Assembly: GCF_964204645.1 (NCBI RefSeq)
Contig: NC_134025.1
Span: forward strand, 24,222,299-24,286,298
Length of the DNA: 64,000 bases
Source: Tubulanus polymorphus
Taxonomy: Eukaryota > Animalia > Nemertea
Reading direction: 5' to 3'
Shown here: positions 51,201 to 64,000 of the stretch, in pieces
Numbering within the stretch: the first letter of the stretch is position 1
How the letters are laid out: each line of letters starts with the position of its first letter
The notes under the pieces: generated by a model
Databases searched by the model: none
Seen by the model: the letters and a program-made list of their open reading frames with translations, nothing else
What the model was told of the DNA's origin: nothing
Position numbers and translations under genes: made by a program

Positions 51201-53370
51201 TATGCGCATGCGCAGTTCCGAAGTTAGGCCAAACGAAGCTACGTAAGGGAAATGCGTCGTTTAAAATGGAGATACCGCTTAGTCCAACCCGCTATAAAAA
51301 AAGCTAAAAGCTATATAGAAGTTTAAAAAATACCTAAAATAATAGAAAAGTTCACGAAGATGTTTCGAAAAACTTCCGAATTTCCACCAAGAAGCGACAA
51401 TTTTATTCAAAATGCTGTCACGATGAAGCCTTAAAGATAAAATGGAAAAAAACCTTGAGATGTGATGAAATTCCGAATGTATACTTTGAAGGGTTTCGCA
51501 TGAGAAAATAGAAAATCTGATTTTAGAGAAGGCGTTATTGAATTATGAATTCTCAGTAAAATACTGGATGCGACGCATAGACAACAGAAATACTCAGAGG
51601 GCTTACTGTTACCGAAATGAATATAACAACAACAAAAATCGTATCCACGTAAGAAAAATCCTCATTGCGAAAAAAGAACGCGCGCAAAATTTATTTGATT
51701 TGTTGAATATCTAGTATTCAGTTTTATCTCGGGTTCGTATCAGCGAAGGACGCGCTATCTGAATACATCGACGAATATCATTTTTTCCAATCGCAGCAAT
51801 CGCAAATAGTTTCCGAAAAATTCGTTCGGATGCCCAAAAATCATTGTGCATTATGCAAATATTCGTTAGCGCAGCCACGGGGAGTTGAATAACACCGTAG
51901 AAAGAAAAACAAATTACCGTAACATGCGCGATCCGCGTGACACATACTACTACTTCCAAGAATTATCAATTGAGAGCTACGTATCGTTAATCCATGCACA
52001 AGAATGAACGGGGTCTCCTTCGAACATCCGAGGCTATCCGTACGCTTGAGTATCATCTACGATTTAATTTCATAGCGCAGCAGATAAATTTATAACATCT
52101 AATGCCGATACCGAAGGCGCCTGCATCCTCGGTCTTTATCCCAGCATCGGACATAAAACGTCCCCAAGCGGCCTAGCCACCCCCATGTATATTGGTGACC
52201 CGGGATTTTGATCATCGTTACTGGACATAAGTAAGTCGTCATCGTTAAGCGCCCTTTGGGCCTTGGATTTCTCTAGTTTATTTACTGGTAATAAAGATAG
52301 TCCGCAATGTGTAAAATATTCATTAATAAAGCCAATAACGCGATAAAAATTAATGTGTTACGCAGACTGGGAAGGGCCGAATAGTCCACGATAATTAGAG
52401 GCCAGAAATCGCGATGATATCGAACTTTTATTTCGTGGCGAAAGCTGATTTCCTTGACGAGAGACTTTCGCCGAAAAACTTAGTCACTATTTCCGACAGT
52501 CGCCATCGGTGCGGTCTGATGATTGATAGACACCGCGCGAACGAAAAAAATATCATTAATCAGACTAATCATTATATCACGAATACGATTTTCACCAGTT
52601 CGCCTATACCCGATACAGCCCTGATCTTCAAGACTCATTTATTCCATTGATGGATGGACCCTGTTCATCTCATCCGTCGGTATCATTCCGAAAGATATTA
52701 CGTAAGACGTGAACAATTAGGAAAAAAAAAGTCCTGTATCCACGATATGGTGCGCAAAAAATAACGCGTACAAATGCAAATTCAACGCAATTTCACGTAA
52801 TTCAACGCAATAAAACCGTTTTTTTATCAATCGCAATCAATTTCATGGTTGGCTTTACAGTTACCGAAAAAGCAAAATGTAGAAAAAGCGATCCCTTATA
52901 TTCCGATAAATAAAACGCCATATACTTTTGCTTATATTCTCTGTTGCAAAAACCGTTTTTTAAATCAAAATCAATCTTATCGCGGGCTTAAAAGTAAGCG
53001 AAAAGGTGAAATGCAGAAAAAGCGACCCCTTATATTACGATAAATAATACGCCGAAATATTTTCAAACATTCCTTTCGACAAAGCGCTCCATATTGAAGA
53101 ATAATGAATTGGTTGCGAAAAGAAAAATTTTTACGAGTGATATAAAGATTCTATTCGAATGATAGATAAAACAATAAGATAACATTTTTATGAATAATGA
53201 AAATAACCTAATGAAATAATTCGGAAGAAACTACGTAAGAATTAAGATAACGTTTCAAAGAGAACCCTAACTGGAGATCAGCATTTTCAATAAATCAGAT
53301 TCTCAGATAATTCTCATTTTGATTATTTTCGATTGTTCTGAATGATTTCTACAAGATATCATATCCATTG

Positions 53371-53401
53371 GATAGGTAAGGGATTAGATAGGTAAGGGAT
53401 T
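53371..53401. repeat. 16-bp tandem duplication
   Basis: gataggtaagggatt(a) twice. Confidence 0.85.
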
Positions 53402-56400
53402 GTCAGATTTATTTCGGATCCGTCAGAAATTCTTATTTACGAGAAAAAGATTTTCAATGGTTGATGATAAAAAACATATGAATATATAATTCAATTACAA
53501 GGGAAATTTTGTGTAAATACCATATCTTTGTAGAAGAATATCTCTGGTAATTGAATTTGCGGTATACATACTAGACTGTTCTTAAAATGCGTAAGAGAAG
53601 AATATTCAAATCTTATATGTTGTCGTTAACCTGTTAACTGTCGACCTGTAGTGACTCCGAAAAGGTGATCGAGAGTAAAAAATAATTTAAAAACCCAACG
53701 TATGTCAATAGATTAGACCTAATACTAACACATTTATCATCGCTCGAAATCGCGATATATCAAATAAATTCAGAGCTAGTTTAACACCTGATGATGCATA
53801 GGCCCCGAATTCATTTCAGTATGATTCATACTAGGTAAACAAAACTAAATTCTAACGAAATGATGCAGTTCAGGCGGTGACGTAATTTTTCACTTATTTC
53901 CTAATAAAAATACCAATAAGAATATTATGAATGTTAATCGACCATTGTAGTCGTTGTTTGCATGTGGTTTTTTCGTCTCACTACGTCTGTCATCAGAGAC
54001 AACAGAATATTCTGCGATCAGAAATGACCAAAATATTATATAAAAAGTGATCTCGTAAATAATATCTAATAACCTAAACCCGCCATAGACGTTATCAACG
54101 AGAATACGCTCAAAGTTTAGAATACGATAGATTTATTACGCAGTGTTTTTTAATTGAAGATAAAAATAAAGCGGAACAGATGATCCAAATATTTCAGTTC
54201 GATCAATGAAGTTGAAAAGTGCGCGATCGTTTTTGTTCCATATAAGGTTACCGCCCTAGAATAATTATTTTCTGTGTTTTTTGTCCACCAACGGGTCTAA
54301 CTCGGAATTTCTGCTGCGCAGAAGTAAATTGTAAATAGCCTATCAATCATGGCAACATTTCATCCCCCGTGTGTGCGCGCGTTAGTGGCCTTTCATTCCA
54401 AGATGATCCCTCGAATAAGACCCGAATCCCCGATCGAGGGGGGTATAGCGCATGAAAAATGAACAGTTATCGACAAAACCACCGCAATCATATCGCTAGA
54501 TGCCGGACAAACTAAATCAAAAATAAGCCGAAATTAAAAATCACGAATCAGATCTGGCAAAAATCCAAACGTAATTCGCAAAGATGCGGAAATTTGTAGC
54601 GTCCTTGATGAAAAACAGTTACCCAAACACCTTCATTTTCTTATGGGTAAAAGATAAAAGATAAATTGCCATATTTCGTATAGTAATAAGATTAACAGGT
54701 AGTTTCTGTGGTAATTATGGTAATTACCTCCGTAGAAATCATCATTTCCAAGAAAAGATCGCGTAAAGATTATTCATTTTTAGTTGCGGTTAATGCCGTT
54801 CTCTTTAATGTAATCATTTTGCGCATATACTTACAACTGTTCGCATTAATTTCAAGCTGGTTTGAGAAAAAGCAATGATTCTCTTGTCGAATCGAAAAAT
54901 TCTAAACCGTATTTGGAAGTATCTTTTTCGCCGAAATGCGCGAAAATTAACTTTCTAAATGTTTTTCGCGCGTGATAATATCGAAATTCGCTTTCCCGCC
55001 AAAACTATGTCCCATTTTCGCGACGCGTTTCGGGCGAAAAATATTTTAGGAAATATTATGTACACAAGCGCCATGACACCTTCCTCGATTCGTTTCGTTC
55101 TAACAGCAACGGGAACAGAGTTGTTGGCACTGCAACAATTTTAACTGCGCAAAACGCTGACCTGATTACACAGTTCGTTCCGTATATTCGTTTCTTGAAG
55201 ATCGTTCTCCCGGTACAACATTGGGCGGAGCTAACTCATCGTGACCATGTGAGCGATATGATTATTAGAAATGTTAATTTATCAAAAGGCCACACGAAAA
55301 ATATTCCACGCTTCGAGATGATGATTGGGGTTGAGTGGTAAGTACTGTCGACGCTTTCAATGCAGTACTCATAGAACTAAAACGAAATGATTTCTTTTCG
55401 GCGAAATAATTATATTCGTAAGACCGGTCGCTTCCGTATTAGGTTAGCCCAGTTAGAAACTTTTTGACGGTCACCTTGGACTTTGGTAAAGATTTTTTCT
55501 AAATCGCTCAGAGGTCAGGGTCCCCATATTTTGCTGCGCAATTGCGAAATCTCATTACATCACTCGATGGCTTGTTTACTGACATTGACCTGGAAATCAG
55601 ACCGAAGCTTGTTGCCGAAAAGTTGTCGAAAAAATATTCCTATCGAAGAAAATTAAAGGTTCACCTCATTTCAAAGATCGTATGGAAACGATTATATTGT
55701 ATTTATAGAATATATCAATTTTCGTGAGTTCCTTCAATCTACAATCGTCGTATCACAGAAAACTCGCATTCATTCAGCAGAATGTCGGTACTCAAAACTT
55801 AGGAAAACTTTAGAAAACTAATTCTAGATCTCCGAAATTGAATAAGAAGATATATACCCGCGAGGCGACTATTCGGTAAAATCTATGCGAGCTGATCGAT
55901 GACTGTTTGCGTAATATCGCTCGAAACCATTGCCGATAAAATATGATAAAACGCCGCGTAAACATCTTCGAATTCATAGCGAAATTCATACATATCAAAT
56001 AACTGATGATGTGAATAGAAATACTACTCCAATCATTATAGACAATAACTTATAATATATGGTAGACAAATATCTGTATCTGGAATTTTATTTTCTAAAT
56101 TTGACGAGTGCATTTGAAGAAAACGCCTGCACCCGAACTGTCAATTTACCTATTTACAAACGCAGAAATAAAGATGGGAATCGGATGAATTATGCAATAA
56201 GACCTGGCATCAATTAATAGCCGTTTCGCTAATATATTGAGCTTAATACGAAACCTTTTCATTATTTCGTAGGGTTCAATTAGTACATGCGTCTTATGAA
56301 TTCGATTTTTTACGAACATTTTGACGGATTTGATTCGATGACTATGAAGCACCAGCTTAAATAGTCGCAAAACAATTCCAATTTATTTTAACGAACGACT

Positions 56401-59400
56401 TGTGAGCGGGATTCCGAGAATTTGCCATGTCCATCACATATTTGGCAGTGTGCCACAATGATTTGATGGTCATTTCAATCGTTGGAGAATCGGGGGCCAA
56501 AAACAAAACACTCGTTTTAGGACTTCGCTTTAGTGCGTATAGTATGAACGCGGTTTGGGTTTTAATATATGCCATGATAGATATATAGATATATATGTAT
56601 ATATATAAATATACATATAAATATATATGCGTATGTGCATATATTATGTTAAGTAAAAGACCAAATCATAACATACCTATCGCCTGTCGATTCAAAATTC
56701 GAGTTCAAATAATCAACAAGTAAATGTAAGCTTAAATAGATGTATAGCGCGCGGTTATTTTGGCCGATATGCATTACAATTGAATATTACATTTACGGAA
56801 AATCCGAATGAAAATTGTGTAAAATTAGTCAAAAAATTTGAAATACATTGCTACCAGGCTATCGTATTTTATTCGTATAGTATCAACTCCGAACCGCCGT
56901 CAAATAAATGAATAATCGAATAAATGGATGAATAAATCAGATATTACCAATTCTCGCTGCTGCCTAGTTAACTATTGGCGGGGTATAATGAAGCATATTA
57001 AGAAATGGAAGCGGAGTTTTTTCAAATTTTACCCACCAATTCTCCGTGGAAAGGAGTATCGATATTCCGAACGCCAGCCATTTTGTGTCTGGTATTTTGG
57101 TTTTGATGTATTTTAGTTGCACGGATCCGGGGCGAAACAATCACGTTTCAAGAGCTCGAATTGTATTTTATATATTTCCAGGAACTGACAGCCATGTCAC
57201 CGGAGCAACCGGTGTCCAGGCCTGTCGGGTGTGTCTGTGGCTTTTAGACGGATTTTTGCCGTCGCCTGTGACAGACAGGTCAAAATTACTAAGTTTGATT
57301 GCCATCGTCTGATCGTCGATTCAAATAGATAAACGTATATAATGTTAGTTATTTACGAGTCAAAATTCTGGTAATGTATAGACACTATAACACCAATAAG
57401 TACTACTGTATATCGATTTGTTTTCTAAATTACCAACGGCCCCTGGATCGAACCCTCAGCTTGTATAAGGGTTAGCAGTCTGCAGAAACTTGGCAGTAGA
57501 TCGTACAGGGTATGTTGATTTTCCTATTTCGTAATAAGGTTTCTTTTGAATAGTTACCCGCTTTACCTTTGAAAAAATTGGAGAATACAAGATTGACGAG
57601 CGTTCAAAAATTTACTTAAGGCGTCCCGGTGACCGATCAATCGCCTCTGTCGTAACCAGTCATATTTTTGAGTCATTGGGAGTCATCAATATCGAGTCAC
57701 CTTCTGACATAGGCCTACTGTCAATTTACAATTCGTATTGGTTTACGACATTTTTTCATCCGATTTGAAGAATTTCAAACATGATTCATCATTATGTATA
57801 CACTTAATGAACTATGAAATAACAAAGTGATAAATATATTATATAATTATATTATTCGACTTGGATAGATTGACAACTAGGTTGGTAAGCAATGTCGAAA
57901 CGCATTAGGCTACACCGTACCCCTAATAGATGTGATTGCGGTTTCGTGGCTATTCATTTGACGTGTGCCCATTTCATGACACCATGTGCTTTGCTTTGCA
58001 TCTATGGCTTGAATTTGGCGCTTTTTGTCGAAGCTCCGTACTACAAGAGTTTGGCATTCTTTTGTCGTTGGAGCCAGGAAGGCCTTTTGTGAAACCATTC
58101 ATTTCATCCCAATCTCAAAGGGCTGATTTCAATTTTCCCACGCTTCTTGACTTGGAGCTATGAGATTATATAGGTTAACCTGAGGTATTCCTATAGTGTC
58201 TAGGGATAACAATGGTTATATAGAAAATGCATGTATATGAAGCAATTTTGAAATATGTCTCATCTCAGATCCGTTCGTTTTCTACAAAAAATGCAGTCAA
58301 TATTGTGCAATACTCAATATAGCACTCGCTCTATACTCAAGTTTAGCAAATCAAACCAGTGAAAACAAAACGCGGAACAGATTTTCTGATTGAAATAATC
58401 TCAAAACAAGATATTGTACATTATTTCGGGGATTAAAAACATATATACATCATGCATATAAATGTACCGATAATGCGATTGCAAACAAATGTGAAATGAA
58501 ATATGACTACAAAAGCCGTCCAATAAAGCATCGTAAATTTTAGTTTCTACAAAGAAAGTAAATTCTAGCGCTGACGAGAAAATATGTTTTACCAGACGAA
58601 ATAATCGTAAATAATCAATGTACAGCCTCCTAGACATTGGCGCCACATTATTTCATGTGCTGAAACTAATGCACGCGTGTTTGAATATAGGCGCGTAAAA
58701 TAGCCGAGTATGTTTCATTTATCAAACCTTATTTCCGATATTTACACAATCGATATGATCAAATATGTGGCTATACCGTGTACAGAATGCATCCTGATAC
58801 AATTGAAATGGACCCGGTAGTAGATACGCCATTCTACGTACCGATTAAAACCCGCTTTGCGCGTAGCCATTTTCGTCCAACAATTCAGTCATCGACATTT
58901 CATTTCACTCTTCCAAGAATTACATTAGCATTTTGTATTTCTGCGTAACAGTATTAACTATCCCGCGGTGACTGGCTTACTCCATGGAATAAACCGGGTC
59001 TATGACCCCAGACGACAAAAGGTAAAAATCTTGAACTGGACCGTTGGGCAGCGAGTAGGCTATTTACCTTCATCTGATTCATCATACTGACCCTTCATTA
59101 TCATAAACATGCGCGAGAATTTGGCACTGATGTTGCCGTGATAATTTTATGCGCTCCCAAGGTCATTATGCCTCCCTTACATTCATGCCGCTTGTATCAA
59201 ATAAACATCGAAAAAGGTGATAATTCGTCGATTATTCACTAAAGCTTTCTCACCATCCTACGCTTGGTCTGTACGGCAAATTTCCGAACCCTCGTCCAAA
59301 TTTTGCAGAGTATATGTTGCTCATATAACAGTGAAAATCTCCGAAACATGGCGGCGCGGATAATCCATCCAGGCATAAATTAGATTTTTCGGTAACAATA

Positions 59401-62400
59401 AACGATCTTTCGAACAGCATTGCTCAAATTTGAAATGAGCAATCGAATTTATGCAATGCATGTGGAAATGTTCCGAAATCCAAACGCCGAAAATAGAAAA
59501 AAAACACCGTCCAAAATTCAAATTCAGCATACGACAGCTCGTAAGACTTGGCGATGACTTTCACGAACCTTCCACGAAAATCACTTCAATAAGAATTTAC
59601 ATACGTACACCAACTACAGGCCTACATACCTCGATCGACTGAGGAACAATCAGGGCAAATGATAAAGCCTATGAAAAAATGGTGATGAAAAATCACTAAA
59701 ACCCGTTATGGATGATTTTCACAAGTTGTGTGTGCACACGTAAAAATGCCGAAATGCTGCAGCGCGAGACAATGCACGATATAGTATAACCGTGCAACAA
59801 GTCTAACAACATTCACAGGCTAAGCACATCAGTGATTAAAAACATAGTCTCTTATCAAGATGTGATGTCATATCAGGCTCACCTTTATGCTTATGTTTGT
59901 TAGATACTTGGTCTTTCTAGCGACGAAACGCGGGTCGCATCTTATGCCATCTTTCTCTTATGCATGATGCATCGTGCGATGCACCTTCCCTCGACGTCAA
60001 CCCGTGATGCAATGCCACAAACCAGACATCCTCGTCTGGCCCCGCGAAAACCGGTTTGTAAAAAATTCCAAGGACCCATACTTCTGTCAGCATTTTTTCT
60101 AAATGCAACTTGGTCAAGTTTACCGATTGTCAATGCGAAAAAAGAATACGTTATAAATTGTTAAAATCCAACGTGCGCGGATACATTGTGCATTGGGGTC
60201 ATGCACATCGCTCGCACATAAGCGGTGTCTGCCGAGCATGCTAAAATGTATATTTGGCCCCGGGTGCTAGCATGTCAGGGTATTAAATCGGTAGGCCGGC
60301 CCATTTCCATTGTGTCAAGAACGTTTGTCGAAGATGTTAAGTGCGTTGCATCAAGTGTAAACTTTTTTCAAAAATCGTGCTGCATTATAGTTTGTTCAGA
60401 TATGTGACTCAGACAAAAAATATAGCGTTTCTGACGCGAACGCGTGTGTAGAATTCAACCACGTGCCGGCAAGTTGTCAGCATTTTATCTTCCGATTGTA
60501 ACCTCGATGACTCCGTAATATGGATAATAACCCCCGACAAAAGCTAGTTTTAGAAGTAGTTCTGTGCTAGAATTGTCCAGAGTTAATTACATATCGCCAT
60601 CAATTGTGTTCGAGAAAATAGCTTTCAATATACATATGAGAAAAGTTCATGTACCGTAAATCTTCTACAGAAAATTTGATTTCGTAATGTCACAAAAGAA
60701 GATTTGAAGATGAAGAATAACACCTGTGTATATATATCACATTTCGAATCACGGCGTCGCCAACAAGTGGTCGAGCGAGCCATCGTGGGCGCTCCCTTCA
60801 AATTTCCGAATCATAGAACATCACCTGGAACACTATGAAGTGTTTGGTATTTTTGAACTACCCGCCGGTTTTCTCAATTGACGCATCTCTTCCCGTTTTT
60901 CAAGTATTGCAAGTTTCTAATTTGAAATATTTGGAAATACAAGCGCTGGAGAACACTTGAAAATTCGATTGGCGCATTGCGAAATTGCAAAACTATGTCG
61001 TCACCATATAGAAGACATTGTAACATACCAGTGTATAAATGCTGTCATATTTTCTATATAGGAAAAACACGTGCGTTGCCTTCACTTAATATGTATAAAC
61101 GCACGTTTCGGAAGAGGGCGATATTATATGTGTTTTACAGGACATATTTACGTTATTGCTTTGCTTTTATATACGTGGATTTTTCTGCTCGTGGCAAGCG
61201 GCCAAGACTTGACGCCAGTACGTGCGTGCAAGCCGTGCATTTTTAATGAGCGGGATCCACGGTATAAACCCATCATTTGATACAAAACCCAATCTTTTGT
61301 GCAAATGATTGGAAAACACACAGCATGTTAGATATAAGACGCCGCGTGTTATTTGTGATCGCAGCGAAATACTGGGAATTGCTTGACGCCATGTTAGAAT
61401 ATTCCACTATAGATACGCGCGTTTCATGGATCCAATTCATATTTTCAGGTAAGGAGATATCAACAGTTCTTTTTCTCCGTAAAACTATTTTCCTATACGT
61501 AATATCCCTTCATATATTCTGTCGTGTTGGTTGTGAAATACGTGCCTGTTTTAGTGTTCCCCTCATACTGTATATACATAAAACATAACAGCACCAGTAC
61601 TCTTTATGTCTACGTCATTATAATATTACTATTAGGTGATCAATATCTGAAAATTGATATCCTGGTCGATGGGACATTTGTTCGTGACCTACATTTAGTT
61701 TCGCAATTGTTGATTTGAATACTTCCTTGGTTTTAGTCCCATAAATCTTCGACGTAGTCGGCTGCTTCTCTAGCGAAATTTTCCCGCCAAAAGAGCCCGC
61801 CGAACGTCCGAAAAAGGCTTCGAAATACAGCGCGTCCCTTCGCGCAAACCCGATAAACATGGCCGCCTGAATGAAGACGGACGTGTCTGGCCTTTGTCAC
61901 ATGTTGATCATATTTCCCCCACTCATAACACCAGAAATCTCGTTTAGGATAGTTATTCGGTATCTTCTGGATTTATACGGCTACGTAATACAGCAGCAAG
62001 TGTGGATACGGCGCACTCGACTTCGAATTCGGAGGCCAATTGCGGGCGCCCAGGTGTGCGAATCACACAAAATACCCTCTGTATTAGAGCTCCTGGTTGT
62101 GTAGTTCGTATACACGTTGCATAATTTCGTGTTTTTAAGGAGACAAAGAAGAATTCGTTTTGTTCTAATACTAAGTCAAAACCGTCGCGGACATGAACGA
62201 AATCATGACCAATGTTCGGCGATCGAATTCGGCCACCGGACCTCCAGGTAAACATTTTATTGTTTGCTTCATTTAGAAAAGTCTATTGTGATATATATTA
62301 TGTAAATTACGCCGCGACCTATTGACATATGAAAGAAATATAAAAATTTCAGCATGCGCAATACTGGAGATCTCTTGTAAAATGGCGACGTTTGACATCA

Positions 62401-63292
62401 TATAATTACGAACTAAACATACGAATAACTACCAAATATAAGCTTTGCGAAATGAAACGATATCATATCTTTATTTATATATTTTTATATGACGCACGCA
62501 GCTGCTCCCTCTCGAAGCTAGCATTTATACAGCGTTGATATTGGTAACGAAAAATACAGGCTATTTCGACGCCGACGTCGACTAAACATATCGTTACGAG
62601 GCGTCTTAATTTATGGAGCACAAATCGGTCGACGTTCCGAGCATCTGCATACATAATCACATCGCTTCCGACCTAATCGAAGATTAAATTCGGCGATGAA
62701 ATTTGTTTATACGGCTGAATCACGGGCAGCCGGAACTAGGAATTGAATAGGCTCTCGGTAGTTTAATCTACTTTTTACCCAACGATTTTTAAAAAACTGA
62801 CACCGTTCTGTCGATCAGGCACGATGCCAAGTTTGGGATTGTCACTCGTTATTCTTAAACCGTCAATATCAAACTGAGATTCGGTTTAATAAATGCTTTT
62901 ACGTGTGCTTAGTTCGTGGACAGGACTGTCGCGAAGTTGCTTTCATAATAAGTTAAAAATACGATTTCTATAGTTTGGCGCGGTGTCTCTCGCGTGGAGG
63001 AACCGCCGGCCACACGAGTAATCCTTTATAGTGTACCTGTATCATTCGTATACGACATTAAAAGTGGAGATGATTTTTATTTTGTACCACGCGCCGATAG
63101 AGTTGCCAAAGTTTGACGGCTGGCTGGCTGGATCCGTCATCTCGTGTCACAAGGAAACGCGCGCGAAACATGGCGGGCGCATTCTTCGTGTCATGCCCGT
63201 TTTGATTTCAGAGTGCCCCATTGATCGAGGTTTTGCGTACCATTTTTGAATTGAATTGGGTATTTGACGGCTGGTCTATCCGCATTATTTGT

Positions 63293-63583
63293 TATGGGCA
63301 TCATTAGAGAGGGTCGGGGGCGACGACCCCCCTTTTTAAATTCAAGTACCGCAAGTTCCAAATTTTGTTTTCTTCACATTCCGGAAGTATTTTCTCTTTA
63401 AAGTTCCAGCAAACACCCCTCTTAAGCTCCGAATTTAAAAAATCTAAGGACATTCAAGCAGTTTCAAGAATTCAGAAATCCTCGTTCACCTTCGGCGCTT
63501 GGCGGATACGGCGCGATGTATGGCATATACTTCCGCTGTATTAATTTTCTGACCTCCCTTTAAAAAGTCCCAGTGACCCCCCC
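63293..63583. mobile_element. Possible degenerate MITE
   Basis: GC-rich ends with a repeated gacc(c/t)cccttt motif near both ends. TIRs poorly conserved. Confidence 0.25.
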
Positions 63584-64000
63584 TCCTGTTTCCCTTGTAG
63601 TTTATATGGATGCACGCGAAACTATGCTAAGAAAGCTTTCCAAGTTTCCTCTGTTTAATTCGATTCTATATAGTCTATGCTGTCAGTATAGACTGCGCTC
63701 AACTAAGCCGAACCTTTTGGGACCGTAAAAATGTGTCCGACTTCAGTGATATCCGAGTTGGATATGTATTATGTATTTCATTGATAGTGTCACGTAAATA
63801 TTTCAATGAACCATCCGAGTTTAACGGTTAACTCCGAGGATGGATCCGAATCGAGCGAAATCTGTTGTACTTCTCAGAGAATTATTACCACGCTTGATAA
63901 CCGGATATTCGTGATTACTCGCGATGTTTTACTCAAATCCGCAAACATGGGTCAACATTTCCACGCAAGATGGTGCGAATCGGACCTCTTTCGATACTCA

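Overview
AT-rich, intron-dominated animal genomic DNA, probably from an invertebrate, with microsatellites and many short non-autonomous transposons. There are no operons, tRNA/rRNA genes or CRISPR arrays, and almost every ORF in the supplied track is spurious. One gene is recognisable: a + strand BAD-like BH3-only pro-apoptotic gene. Its core exon (6346-6560) encodes equivalents of all three BAD regulatory serines, including the BH3 motif GRQLRRISDEF. It splices in phase across a ~19.8 kb intron to a terminal exon (26405-26584), with a tentative first coding exon at 2589-2685 (model about 163 aa) and possibly a long 3' UTR. The second notable element is a ~260 bp Penelope-like insertion at 41474-41733 carrying a minimal hammerhead ribozyme, a perfect 29-bp inverted repeat, a 33-nt tail and a 14-bp flanking duplication. 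The right third is non-coding apart from weak signs of a spliced minus-strand transcript. All calls were made by eye, without database searches.
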